The position numbers were made by a program, and so were the translations under genes. Below, piece by piece: positions 10,278-19,341 of a stretch of 64,000 bases of DNA (positions within the stretch are counted from its first letter, which is position 1; every line of letters begins with the position of its first letter). Origin of the DNA: a virus; the IMG/VR virus record IMGVR_UViG_3300047678_000160, positions 31,729 to 95,728 of that record, one strand, 5' to 3'. A model generated the notes under the pieces. The model worked only from the letters and a program-made list of their open reading frames with translations. It made no database searches and was not told the DNA's origin.

Positions 10278-11684
10278 ATGGCACCAGTAATCATAGACAA
10301 CCTACATAAGTTTGGACTTGAGTTCCAATCTAAAATCATAGCAGGCATTTTAAGCGACCAAACATTTCTCGAAAGAATTTTGGATATTGTGGAAATTGCT
10401 GCGTTTGAAAACGAAGCTCATCAGTGGATTCTTAAAGAAACAATTTCTTATTATCACGAATACAAAGCTGTTCCTACAATGCAAGTATTCAAGATTCGTA
10501 TTGACACCATTCACAATGAAATGTTGAAGCAAATGGTTATCGAAAGTCTTCGTTCAGTTTTTCTAAGATTGACTGACGCTGACCTTGATTTTGTTCGTGA
10601 ACAGTTTCTTGAATTTTGTAAGAACCAAAAGCTCAAGGGAGCCATCTATGATTCAGTTGACCTTATTAAATCAGGTGAATATGAACGTGTAAAACAACTT
10701 GTGGACGAAGCCATGAAGGCTGGTATGGAGAGGAATCTTGGCCACAACTATCATATTGAAATTGAGAAGCGTATGAGTGAAATGTCACGTAAGACTATTA
10801 CAACCGGCTGGGATGTTGTTGATTCTCTTATTGACGGAGGCCTTGGGCCGGGAGAACTTGGAGTCATTGTGGCTCCAGCGGGTATTGGTAAATCTTGGTT
10901 ACTGGCAAGCCTCGGTGCCTCAGCAATGAAAGCAAAGAAGAACGTTATTCATTACACTCTAGAATTAAATGAAAACTACGTTGGTCTTCGTTATGATTGT
11001 TGTTTTACGGGAATTCAATTCCAAGATATTAAGAATCACGTTGAAGACGTTAAAACAAAACTCGAAACAATTCCTGGCAAATTGTTCGTTAAATATTTTC
11101 CAATCAAGACGGTCAGCGCTCAATCCTTAAAGTTCCACTTTGAGAGAGTCGCAATGTTGGAAGGAGTTCGTCCAGATGTTATTGTTGTGGACTATGCTGA
11201 CATTCTTCGTCCAATTGAGAAAGATAAGAACAGTAACAGCTACTCAGAAGCAGGTGGTATCTATGAAGAACTTCGTATGGTCGCCGGCGAATTGGGTGTT
11301 CCTCTGTGGACAGCCTCACAAACCAATCGTGGTGGAGCAAATGAAGATGTAGTTCAAGCTCATAACATTGCCGATTCTTATAGAAAGATTATGACCGCTG
11401 ATTTTGTTATGTCTGTATCGCGTAATATGCAAGACAAAGCAAATAACACCGCTCGTATGCACATTATCAAAAACCGTTTTGGTCCTGATGGTATCACTTT
11501 ATATTCCAAGATGGATGCTGGTAACGGAGATATACGTATATTCGATGAGAAGTCCGCTGAATCAGCAAATATCAAATCTATTATGGATGAGAGTGATGAA
11601 GAGGAAAATGATGTCAAGAAACAACTTAGCTCAAAATGGCGCGGTTATCGCAGCGATGCTGTTGGAAATAATAGCGGAAATTAA
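10278..11684 (+). CDS. dnaB: Replicative DNA helicase (DnaB/gp41-like)
   Basis: GGLGPGELGVIVAPAGIGKS, TLEL, VVDYADIL, WTASQTNR, IIKNRFG. Confidence 0.92.
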   Translation: MAPVIIDNLHKFGLEFQSKIIAGILSDQTFLERILDIVEIAAFENEAHQWILKETISYYHEYKAVPTMQVFKIRIDTIHNEMLKQMVIESLRSVFLRLTDADLDFVREQFLEFCKNQKLKGAIYDSVDLIKSGEYERVKQLVDEAMKAGMERNLGHNYHIEIEKRMSEMSRKTITTGWDVVDSLIDGGLGPGELGVIVAPAGIGKSWLLASLGASAMKAKKNVIHYTLELNENYVGLRYDCCFTGIQFQDIKNHVEDVKTKLETIPGKLFVKYFPIKTVSAQSLKFHFERVAMLEGVRPDVIVVDYADILRPIEKDKNSNSYSEAGGIYEELRMVAGELGVPLWTASQTNRGGANEDVVQAHNIADSYRKIMTADFVMSVSRNMQDKANNTARMHIIKNRFGPDGITLYSKMDAGNGDIRIFDEKSAESANIKSIMDESDEEENDVKKQLSSKWRGYRSDAVGNNSGN

Positions 11685-11791
11685 TATTTTCAAAACTACT
11701 TATGGCTAGCGGAATGTATGTGGAAATATTTTTTAATCACTACTTATCCTCCCAGCCGATTAATCGTTAATCTTAAAAATTTATAAAAGAC

Positions 11792-14029
11792 ATGATACAA
11801 TATAAGACACTTGAAGAGGGAATGCCAACAGCAGTTGCAGAACGAACAATTTTACGAAAGGTTTCGGAAATTTCTCGCGAAACTTGGGAAGATGTTTCAA
11901 AGCGTGTAGCGCTTGGAAACGCTTTACTTTGTCCAAAAAGTGAAAACGTAGAAAAAGAACGCGGACTGCTAGAAGAGAAGATTGGAAAAGGTATCATTCT
12001 TATGAGTGGTCGTCACCTGCAACATGGTGATAAAGACCAACCAAAAAGAAATATGGAGGTTTTTACAAACTGTGCTACCAGCCCAACAAGTTTCTTATTG
12101 TTCTATCTTCTATTGAATGGTTCTGGAGTAGGACGTGCTTATGACAATGACCTTGTTTTGGTAAATTGGGATTATGCTCCCAATTTAAGATGTGTTTTAT
12201 CAGACACCCATCCAGATTTTGATTGGTCACGCCACGAATCAATCCGTGATGCCAAGCACAAATATGGAACTGGTAGAAATGTCATGTGGCACGAAGTTGA
12301 AGACAGCCGTGAAGGTTGGGCAAAAGCTTTGGAACTATGGGAAAATGCTGCATTTGAAAAGATTCACAATGATAAACTTCTTGTATTAGATTTCTCAAAG
12401 ATTCGTCCAAAGGGTTCTCCAATCGGCGGGATGCAAAGTCGTCCAGCTAGCGGCCCAAGAGAACTAATGGATGCATTTGAAAAGAGTGCAAAGTTAAAGG
12501 GTGCGGGTTTGCTTCCTTGGCAACAAGCCATATACGTTGACCATTATTTTGCAGAATGTGTGTTGGTCGGTGGCGCTCGTAGAGCAGCTCGTATGGCAAC
12601 TAAGTCTTGGAGAGACAAAAACGTTCTCGACTTCGTTACAATTAAACGACCATTGGAACTTTTGGGAAAGACGCCAGAAGAAATTTTGGAAATCAAAGAA
12701 AAGTCCAATCCACAAGGATTCTTATGGTCTTCAAATAATTCAGTAACGGTTGATGCCGATTTCTGGGCATATGTAAATGATAAAAAGAATGATAACAAGG
12801 AACTAAAAGACCACGCTAAGAAAGTCTTTGAGGCCGTGTGTCAAGCATCTTACTTCGATGGAACTGGAGAGCCAGGCCTCATTAACGTTGACCGTTTGGT
12901 TCAAAAGGATGATGGATACAAAGAACTTCTTGCTGGAACATATGTTGGTAGCAAGAAGTTCCAAGTCAATGAGGATACTCAGTTATATCTGGCAAAAATT
13001 GCTAGAAAGGCCCGTAACAAACAATATACTCAAATCACAAATCCTTGTGGTGAGATTTCTTTGACCACCGTTGGTGGATTCTGTGTCATCGCTGACATTG
13101 TTCCGTTCCACGCTGATACCCTCGACGAAGCGGAAGACGGTTTTCGAATCGCTACTCGTGCTCTCATTAGAGTTAATTTGATGGACTCCATCTACAATAA
13201 GGAAGTTAAGAGAACAAATCGTATTGGTGTTGGTATGACGGGTGTTCACGAATTTGCTTGGAAATTCTTTAAACTTGGATTTAGAGATTTGTTGGACGAA
13301 CAGAAGTCTAAAAATTTCTGGTTAACACTGGCCCGATTCAACCGCGCTGTTCATGATGAGGCTGTAAAATATTCCAAAGAGCTTGGTGTTTCGGTTCCTC
13401 ACACAATGACCACTCAAAAGCCAAGTGGAACCATTTCTAAATTGTTCCTATTGACGGAAGGATGGCATTTACCATCAATGAGAGAGTTTTTACGCTGGGT
13501 TCAATTCAGAACGGATGACCCTCTTGTAAAGGATTATCAAAAGAGAGGATACCCAATCAGAGAATTGAAAACCTATTCAGGAACAACCATTGTAGGATTT
13601 CCGACTTCTCCAACTATAACTCGTCTCGGTATGGGAAACAAACTTGTTACGGCCGCTGAAGCAACTCCGGAAGAACAGTATCAGTGGCTCATGCTTGGTG
13701 AAAAGTATTGGATTCATGGAACAGATGACAAGGGAAAACTGGTTTCTGAACAATATGGAAATCAAATCAGCTATACCTTGAAATATACTCCGAAAGATGT
13801 GTCTTACGAAAATTTCCGAAGCATGATGAAGCAATATCAATCCCAGATTGCATGTTGCTCGGTTATGCCACAGACAAGCACAACGGCATATGAATATCAA
13901 CCAGAACAGCCAGTTACACATACAGAGTATGATGAAATCGTTTCTAAAATAACCAAAACAAAAGAAGACGTTGATTTTGCTCACGTTGATTGTGCGGCTG
14001 GAGCTTGTCCAATTGATTTCAAAAAATAA
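11792..14029 (+). CDS. nrdJ: Class II (adenosylcobalamin-dependent) ribonucleotide reductase
   Basis: NCAT, GSGVG, ASGP, GGARRAA, TNPCGEI radical Cys, KPSGT, C-terminal CAAGACPI; no NrdB partner nearby. Confidence 0.88.
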   Translation: MIQYKTLEEGMPTAVAERTILRKVSEISRETWEDVSKRVALGNALLCPKSENVEKERGLLEEKIGKGIILMSGRHLQHGDKDQPKRNMEVFTNCATSPTSFLLFYLLLNGSGVGRAYDNDLVLVNWDYAPNLRCVLSDTHPDFDWSRHESIRDAKHKYGTGRNVMWHEVEDSREGWAKALELWENAAFEKIHNDKLLVLDFSKIRPKGSPIGGMQSRPASGPRELMDAFEKSAKLKGAGLLPWQQAIYVDHYFAECVLVGGARRAARMATKSWRDKNVLDFVTIKRPLELLGKTPEEILEIKEKSNPQGFLWSSNNSVTVDADFWAYVNDKKNDNKELKDHAKKVFEAVCQASYFDGTGEPGLINVDRLVQKDDGYKELLAGTYVGSKKFQVNEDTQLYLAKIARKARNKQYTQITNPCGEISLTTVGGFCVIADIVPFHADTLDEAEDGFRIATRALIRVNLMDSIYNKEVKRTNRIGVGMTGVHEFAWKFFKLGFRDLLDEQKSKNFWLTLARFNRAVHDEAVKYSKELGVSVPHTMTTQKPSGTISKLFLLTEGWHLPSMREFLRWVQFRTDDPLVKDYQKRGYPIRELKTYSGTTIVGFPTSPTITRLGMGNKLVTAAEATPEEQYQWLMLGEKYWIHGTDDKGKLVSEQYGNQISYTLKYTPKDVSYENFRSMMKQYQSQIACCSVMPQTSTTAYEYQPEQPVTHTEYDEIVSKITKTKEDVDFAHVDCAAGACPIDFKK

Positions 14030-14199
14030 TGGTCAGAATTGTTAAACCAAAGTTTACAATCGAAGAGATTGACTCCCTAATAAGAGTCAATCTTTCTCTT
14101 TTACAAGACCTTGATGAATGGGAACATATACAGTCGAATAAAAGAAGTATTGACGCCTTACTTGAAGATAGATTTTATTTAATGAATGAAGGAACATAA
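14029..14199 (+). CDS. Small hypothetical protein (56 aa, not in track)
   Basis: Starts in TAATG overlap with nrdJ stop; MVRIVKPKFTIEEIDSL...; contains hairpin AGAGATTGACTC/GAGTCAATCTTT. Confidence 0.4.
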   Translation: MVRIVKPKFTIEEIDSLIRVNLSLLQDLDEWEHIQSNKRSIDALLEDRFYLMNEGT

Positions 14200-14365
14200 A
14201 GCCACACATTGTATCTGTTTCCACAAGTCTTTTGAGGAAATAAAACAAATTGCCAAAGACCGTAGGCTTACAAATACAAAGCAAGTTGTCTTGGCAACTA
14301 AGTGTGGCACTAAATGCAAAATGTGCCTTCCTTATATCCGTAGGATGATGAATTGTGGTATTTGA
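14186..14365 (+). CDS. BFD-like [2Fe-2S] ferredoxin (59 aa, not in track)
   Basis: MKEHKATHCICFHKSFEEIKQIAKDRRLTNTKQVVLATKCGTKCKMCLPYIRRMMNCGI: CxC plus CxxC spacing of the BFD fold. Confidence 0.7.
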   Translation: MKEHKATHCICFHKSFEEIKQIAKDRRLTNTKQVVLATKCGTKCKMCLPYIRRMMNCGI

Positions 14366-14507
14366 ACTTATAAAACTAGACCATCTCGACGTTTATGGTT
14401 ATTATGACCAGGACGGCAATCGCTATGTTTTTTTAAGTGAACGTGAGATGCGAGCATTTCTCGACAAAAGTATATTGACATTTTTGTTAACCTGTCGTAA
14501 TCTATGA
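14355..14507 (+). CDS. Small hypothetical protein (50 aa, GTG start)
   Basis: Open frame filling the gap: MVFELIKLDHLDVYGYYDQDGNRYVF... Confidence 0.3.
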   Translation: MVFELIKLDHLDVYGYYDQDGNRYVFLSEREMRAFLDKSILTFLLTCRNL

Positions 14508-14512
14508 GTTGA

Positions 14513-15313
14513 ATGAGCGATTCTTTCATAGACACATCCAAAATCTCTCTTAGAGAAATTAACCAACACATTGCCAAAGACATTATAGTGAGAAATCATT
14601 ATAGTCATAAATGGAGCTTGTGTTCAGTAGCATTGGGTGTCTTTTACAAGAACGGTGTAGATAAAGACAGTTTCTTCGACAACGATGATGAAAAGCTCAT
14701 CGGTTGTATAATCTACGGAAATCCGGTCGGTCGCTCCGCTGCAGCCTCAATCTCTGAGACATTGAAGATTGATGAAGTGTATGAATTGGTTCGCCTTTGG
14801 ATTGCTGATATTCCAAATGGAAAGAACATGGAAAGTTATTGCATTTCTCAATCGTTTCATTGGTTGAGAAAGAATAAGCCAAAAATCAAGGCTTTATTGA
14901 GTTATGCTGACAATGAGGCCGGTCACACGGGCATTATCTATCAAAGCACCAATTGGCTCTATCAAGGAAATTCTCAGTTAGCGTTGATGCCAAACTACAG
15001 CCTTTCGTTGACTGGGCCAGAAGAAGGGTATCAATGGATTCACAGTAGAACCGTTTCAGAACGTTGGGGGAGCCATAATGTTGAACATTTGAAAAAAACC
15101 ATTGGTAAAACATTTTGGTTAAAGAAAGAGTCTTCAAAACATCGCTATATCTATGTTCTATCCAAGGGTAAAGAACGTCAGAAAATTTTAGATAATCTCA
15201 AACACAAAACATTTCCTTATCCAAAAGAAGATGTTCACGCAGACGAAATACGCGAGGTGTTTGTTAATCCAGAAGACTATACACCAAACTCAACCAATTC
15301 ATTTTTTGTATGA
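14513..15313 (+). CDS. Mom-like GNAT-fold DNA modification enzyme
   Basis: HYSH, IGCIIYG.P, YELVRLW, NMESYCISQS, LSYAD...GHTGIIYQSTNWLYQG typical of Mom-family acyltransferases. Confidence 0.75.
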   Translation: MSDSFIDTSKISLREINQHIAKDIIVRNHYSHKWSLCSVALGVFYKNGVDKDSFFDNDDEKLIGCIIYGNPVGRSAAASISETLKIDEVYELVRLWIADIPNGKNMESYCISQSFHWLRKNKPKIKALLSYADNEAGHTGIIYQSTNWLYQGNSQLALMPNYSLSLTGPEEGYQWIHSRTVSERWGSHNVEHLKKTIGKTFWLKKESSKHRYIYVLSKGKERQKILDNLKHKTFPYPKEDVHADEIREVFVNPEDYTPNSTNSFFV

Positions 15314-15900
15314 ACCACTTTTTCGATGTAGGCGCTAATATAGGTCAAACTTTTGACAAGTATCTTTTAAAAACCAACGAATATGACGGACACAAGATAT
15401 GGTGCTTTGAACCGTCTCCAAGAAATATGGGTGCTCTGGTCGAAAATGCCAAGAAAGTAACCGGCTGGCCGCATGGCGAAATTCACAATTTTGAAGTAGT
15501 TGTTTGTCCTTATGGTCTTTGGGATAAGGCGGGAAGCTTCTTTTTTTATGAAAAAAAGGATGCACTAGACCCACAAGGAAGAGAAAATGGTGAAGGAGAT
15601 TCGTTTATTGAGTCATTTTTAACCAACAACTCAGCAGGGTATAGAATCAACGCTGTAACCGTTTCTGCTTCAGCCTTTATCTTGGCTAACACTTTGCCAG
15701 AAGATTCAATTACAATCAAGCTAGATTGTGAGGGCGGTGAGTTTGGTATCCTCGAAGATTTACTCAAATCACCGGAGGCTTTGAAGAGGGTCAAAAAGTT
15801 TATTGTGGAATGGCATACAACCAATGAATTCTATAAAAAAGAGGCATTGGTCAGTGAATATTTGAAGTTGGGCTACACATTGGAAGATTGGCCGTTTTAA
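15310..15900 (+). CDS. FkbM-family SAM-dependent methyltransferase
   Basis: FDVGANIG, CFEP, IKLDCEGGE, IVEWH. Confidence 0.85.
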   Translation: MNHFFDVGANIGQTFDKYLLKTNEYDGHKIWCFEPSPRNMGALVENAKKVTGWPHGEIHNFEVVVCPYGLWDKAGSFFFYEKKDALDPQGRENGEGDSFIESFLTNNSAGYRINAVTVSASAFILANTLPEDSITIKLDCEGGEFGILEDLLKSPEALKRVKKFIVEWHTTNEFYKKEALVSEYLKLGYTLEDWPF

Positions 15901-15958
15901 TTGACGTTTTCTGCTACTTTGAACTATTTATATACAACCCAACCCGTATATAAATAAT

Positions 15959-16801
15959 ATGAACCGTGACCAGCTAAAATCTCGTATCAAAGAGTTAGTC
16001 TTAAAAGAAGTTTCCAGAAACAAAGCGTCCGTCATCACCGAAGCTGATGGTAAGAGACAGGCTTTGAAAGAGGTCATTCGTAAGCTCGTTCTTCAGGAAA
16101 TTACACGTAATGAGTTCGGAACTCCTGACGTTTCCACTGATGACGAAGGTGTTAAAGTCATTGAAAAAGTATTGGGTAAAGGGGCCGATGCTAAGAAGGT
16201 TGCCGGTTCTTCTAAAACCATTGGAGTTACCCCATCTCACACCGTTGAGCTATACAAACAAAGTAACGGTTGTTATGATGTTATTTCCGTAACAAATGGT
16301 GAAGACCGCAAGATTGCCAAGAATTTAAAATTGGAAGATGTTGGAGAGTTCTTGAAGAAGCACGCTGCTGATTCGGAGAAGACATATCAACAGAAGGCTT
16401 ATGACAAATCCAAAAAAGGATTTGGAATTGAAAAGAAAGAAGATAAGAAGAAAGACGAATCTGATAAGATGGAAGATGTCAAAGAAAAGACCCAAACCGA
16501 TATTTCTGACAAGACAGATGTTAAGGCTGAAGAGAAGGGTGAAAAAGATTTGGCTCCGGTTGATGATGATTTGTCAGCACAAATGGGTGGAGAACTTGTT
16601 GACAAGATTGAAAGAATCATGGACAAGGTGTTGAAGAGTAAGACCAAGGCAGAAACAAAAACCGCTTATTTGAAGACAGACAAAGACATGGAAAGCACTG
16701 ATAAGTTGGCTGTGAAGTTAGACGGAACAAACGCTATTAAAGGTGCTAAGTCTAAAGAGAAGATTACTCCAAAAGTTAAGGCAGTAGATTCAAAGAAGTG
16801 A
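15959..16801 (+). CDS. Hypothetical highly charged protein, probable virion/internal protein
   Basis: Two N-terminal repeats LKSRIKELVLKE / LKEVIRKLVLQE; preceded by TATTTAT motif. Confidence 0.5.
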   Translation: MNRDQLKSRIKELVLKEVSRNKASVITEADGKRQALKEVIRKLVLQEITRNEFGTPDVSTDDEGVKVIEKVLGKGADAKKVAGSSKTIGVTPSHTVELYKQSNGCYDVISVTNGEDRKIAKNLKLEDVGEFLKKHAADSEKTYQQKAYDKSKKGFGIEKKEDKKKDESDKMEDVKEKTQTDISDKTDVKAEEKGEKDLAPVDDDLSAQMGGELVDKIERIMDKVLKSKTKAETKTAYLKTDKDMESTDKLAVKLDGTNAIKGAKSKEKITPKVKAVDSKK

Positions 16802-17193
16802 AAAAATCGGAGCTAAAGTCTCTTATTTTGGAAGTGGTTTCAGAAATATACGGAAATCAGAAGCTCGATGATATTGATATTATCAAGGGTGAGACAATCA
16901 TTTCGGTCAATCCCAAAGAATATTCTAACGAAGTTTACTTGAATTGTGCAAGTGGAAATGTCTACGAGGTATTCGCCTACCCAGACGATAACGCAACGGC
17001 GGAAATTTCAGTAGTGAATTTGGATAAAATAATTGGAAAGCCCATCGTTTTTGCTCAACACTCCGACAAAGATTCTTATGGCGTTACTTTGATAATGAAA
17101 GCGGGTGACGGCAGCATTGGTGAAATTTTGATTAGTTGTGACCATAACGGATATTACGGATTTGAGTATGGTGTTACCAAAAGAGGTTCGTAG
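16798..17193 (+). CDS. Hypothetical protein
   Basis: N-terminal MKKSELKSLILEVVSE; C-terminal HNGYYG; ends with TAG. Confidence 0.55.
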   Translation: MKKSELKSLILEVVSEIYGNQKLDDIDIIKGETIISVNPKEYSNEVYLNCASGNVYEVFAYPDDNATAEISVVNLDKIIGKPIVFAQHSDKDSYGVTLIMKAGDGSIGEILISCDHNGYYGFEYGVTKRGS

Positions 17194-17257
17194 ACCGCAA
17201 GAAAATTCTTGACATTTGATAAAAAAGACTACATCGTTGGTCTATTAAATCAATTTC

Positions 17258-17331
17258 GCGTTTGTAGCTCAATGGCTGAGCAGTCGTCTCTAAAACGATG
17301 GATGTGGGTTCGAGTCCCATCTGACGCACCA
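17258..17331 (+). tRNA. Amber suppressor tRNA (anticodon CUA)
   Basis: Cloverleaf: acceptor GCGTTTG/CTGACGC, D-arm GCTC/GAGC, anticodon stem GTCGT/ACGAT with loop CT-CTA-AA (CTA at 17290-17292), T-arm GTGGG-TTCGAGT-CCCAT, encoded ACCA. Confidence 0.88.
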
Positions 17332-17338
17332 CTTTCTA

Positions 17339-17536
17339 ATGAAGCATAAAGCAACAATCTCAATCGCCACTCCGGAGACGGACGCCTTACTCTCCAAAGA
17401 GTATGGGGAAAAAGGACATGAGGCGAAGCTTGCTGGTAAGACAAGGGAAGATTGCCCTTATTCCGGCGGCAAGGTAAGAGATTGGTGGTTAGAAGGTTTT
17501 GATGGTATTTCTATGAACACAAATACAAATAGTTAG
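17339..17536 (+). CDS. Ribosome modulation factor (Rmf/CrpP-fold)-like protein
   Basis: EKGHEAKLAGKTREDCPY....RDWWLEGF matches the RMF pattern GYQAG..G.S...CPY....R..WL.GW; ends in TAG. Confidence 0.6.
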   Translation: MKHKATISIATPETDALLSKEYGEKGHEAKLAGKTREDCPYSGGKVRDWWLEGFDGISMNTNTNS

Positions 17537-17575
17537 GTTCCAGATACATAGGCTAAGGTAGATACTACCCTTAGA
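17513..17575 (+). pseudogene. Orphaned ancestral 5' end of pth2 with two in-frame TAG codons
   Basis: Translates MNTNTNS*VPDT*AKVDTTLR, matching MNT...DTTLR at the start of pth2 at 18513. Confidence 0.65.
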
Positions 17576-17641
17576 CGTGTTATAGTTGAAAATATTTTCA
17601 ACTTTTTTGCGTTTTCTATTTTCTATTCTATACTCATTGGT

Positions 17642-17797
17642 ATGGGAAGAAAATCACTAAATAAGACACACGAACAAATACTTGAAGAAAATCGTATTCG
17701 TTCTGCAAAATATTATTTGCTTCATAAAGAAGAAATAAACAAAAAGACAATGGATAGGTATAACAAGAGAAAGAAGTTGTCTCTTGAAAATCGCTGA
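17642..17797 (+). CDS. Small basic protein preceding a homing endonuclease (51 aa)
   Basis: MGRKSLNKTHEQILEENRIRSAKYYLLHKEEINKKTMDRY...; not in track. Confidence 0.5.
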   Translation: MGRKSLNKTHEQILEENRIRSAKYYLLHKEEINKKTMDRYNKRKKLSLENR

Positions 17798-17798
17798 T

Positions 17799-18516
17799 AT
17801 GAATGTGTATTACGCATATCTCTTGAAGCGGCCCGACGGAACTCCGTTTTATGTTGGAAAAGGAAAAGGTAGAAGATGTTATGCACACCCAAAACCTTGG
17901 CATCTAAAAAAGGATGAAAACAGATATAAAGTTCATATCATAGAAAAAATCCGTCGTGAGGGCCAAGAACCTATCATTGAAATACTACAAAATAATCTAT
18001 CTGAGGAAGACGCTTTTGTGCTTGAAATCCAACAAATAAAACTTTATGGAAGAACTATAAATGGCGGATTGTTATGCAATATGTCCGTCGGCGGTGAGGG
18101 ACAATCCGGATTTCACCACAGCGAAGAAACTAAAAGAAAACTTGCTATTATAAGCAAAGAAAATAATGGATTTGTCGGAAAGAAACACAACGAAGAAACT
18201 CTAAAATAATAGGTGATGTAAATAGAGGAAAAGTTCTTGACGATGGGTGGAGAAAGAAACTTAGTGATGCCACTAAAGGCAGACCTAAGAGTGAGGAGCA
18301 TAAGCTAAAAATAAAAAGCGCCCATCTAAATAGAGAAATACCAACGGAACAAAGACAGAGAATGGTAGATATGAATAAATCAAGAATCGGAAAATCTCTG
18401 AGCAAGGAGCACGGAGAGAAACTCAGCAAGGCTACAAAGGGCGTTTCAAGAGGACCGATGAAGCCAGAAACTAAAGAAAAATACGACTTGCCAGAATAAA
18501 AACATACAAAATATGA
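17799..18516 (+). mobile_element. GIY-YIG homing endonuclease with NUMOD3 repeats, frameshifted
   Basis: YAY...FYVGKG..RR, E..AF..E, GGEG.SG, HSEETKRK; further NUMOD3 repeats (KSEEHKLKI, ETKEKIR) continue after single-A losses near 18205 and 18480. Confidence 0.75.
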
Positions 18517-18890
18517 ACACAGAAAAAATGTAGGACACTACACTAAGAATATACACGCTTTTACGCACTGACCTAAATATGGGATGTGGTAAAAGTTGTA
18601 GTCAGGCGGGCCACGCTGCCCTCGGAACATTTTTACAGGCCCCAAAGGATTTACAAGACGCCTACCACAAAGACGGAATTGGAACGAAGGTATGCTTAGC
18701 ATGCCCCAATCTATCACAGCTTCAAACGGCATACGAAACTGCCGTTTCATTGGGTTTACCAGCCGATTACATCGTTGATTCGGGCTGCCCCGATTTCTTT
18801 GGTGGTCAACCCACTCCCACAGCCGTTGGCATTGGTCCTATTACGCGTGCTCAGGCCAAGTTCTTAAAGAAGTTTCAACTCCTCAAGTAA
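18513..18890 (+). CDS. pth2: Peptidyl-tRNA hydrolase Pth2 with in-frame amber codon at 18531
   Basis: LRIYTLLRTDLNMG.GK...QAGHA, KVCL, IVDSG, PTAVGIGP. The conserved first strand lies upstream of the track's Met (18579) and is separated from ATG 18513/18528 by TAG. Confidence 0.85.
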
Positions 18891-18891
18891 T

Positions 18892-19341
18892 ATGCAAACT
18901 ATAGTAGAACTAACCCAAATCGTGAACGAAGGTGAGAGTGCCCAAGATTCACTCAATTCAATCGCGGAGTCAATCTACGATTTTTATATGGCTGAGATTG
19001 AGCGTCAAAAGAAGGAATTGGAAATACAATATCCTTGGTTTGACGAACAGATTTCAGAACTGGAGCGTTGTAATTCTGGCTTTCATAAGTATCGATTCTC
19101 CGGAAACGACCTTATGCTCATTGGTCGGGATTACTTCCGAGGTGAAACCAACACAGAATATGATTCGCTTCCTATTGGCGTCTTTATTGACGACCAAGAT
19201 AAGCGTCATCAATTAATCAAGGATTTTGTCTCTTCTAAGTTCAATGCAATTCACGCACGAATGAAGAAGAAACAAGAACAAGAAAATGAACAAGAGCGTC
19301 AGCAATATGAGGCTCTCAAAGAAAAGTTTGAAACAAAATGA
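18892..19341 (+). CDS. Hypothetical protein
   Basis: 149-aa ORF; C-terminal ERQQYEALKEKFE is similar to the end of the next ORF. Confidence 0.6.
   Translation: MQTIVELTQIVNEGESAQDSLNSIAESIYDFYMAEIERQKKELEIQYPWFDEQISELERCNSGFHKYRFSGNDLMLIGRDYFRGETNTEYDSLPIGVFIDDQDKRHQLIKDFVSSKFNAIHARMKKKQEQENEQERQQYEALKEKFETK

Noticed and set aside
17258-17331. Reading the suppressor tRNA as Arg(TCT)
   Set aside because: The only 5-bp stem (GTCGT/ACGAT) centres CTA in a 7-nt loop; TCT would need two indels, and a normal Arg(TCT) exists at 62744.
17534-18534. Quadruplet UAGG decoding by the 8-nt-loop tRNA at 60071 (all three pth2 ambers are TAGG)
   Set aside because: Four-base decoding would shift ribosomes out of the Pth2 frame; triplet read-through keeps it.
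17576-18548. Group I intron interrupting pth2
   Set aside because: No P7/catalytic core motifs recognised, the flanks are too short, and the duplicated recoded N-terminus explains the arrangement without splicing.
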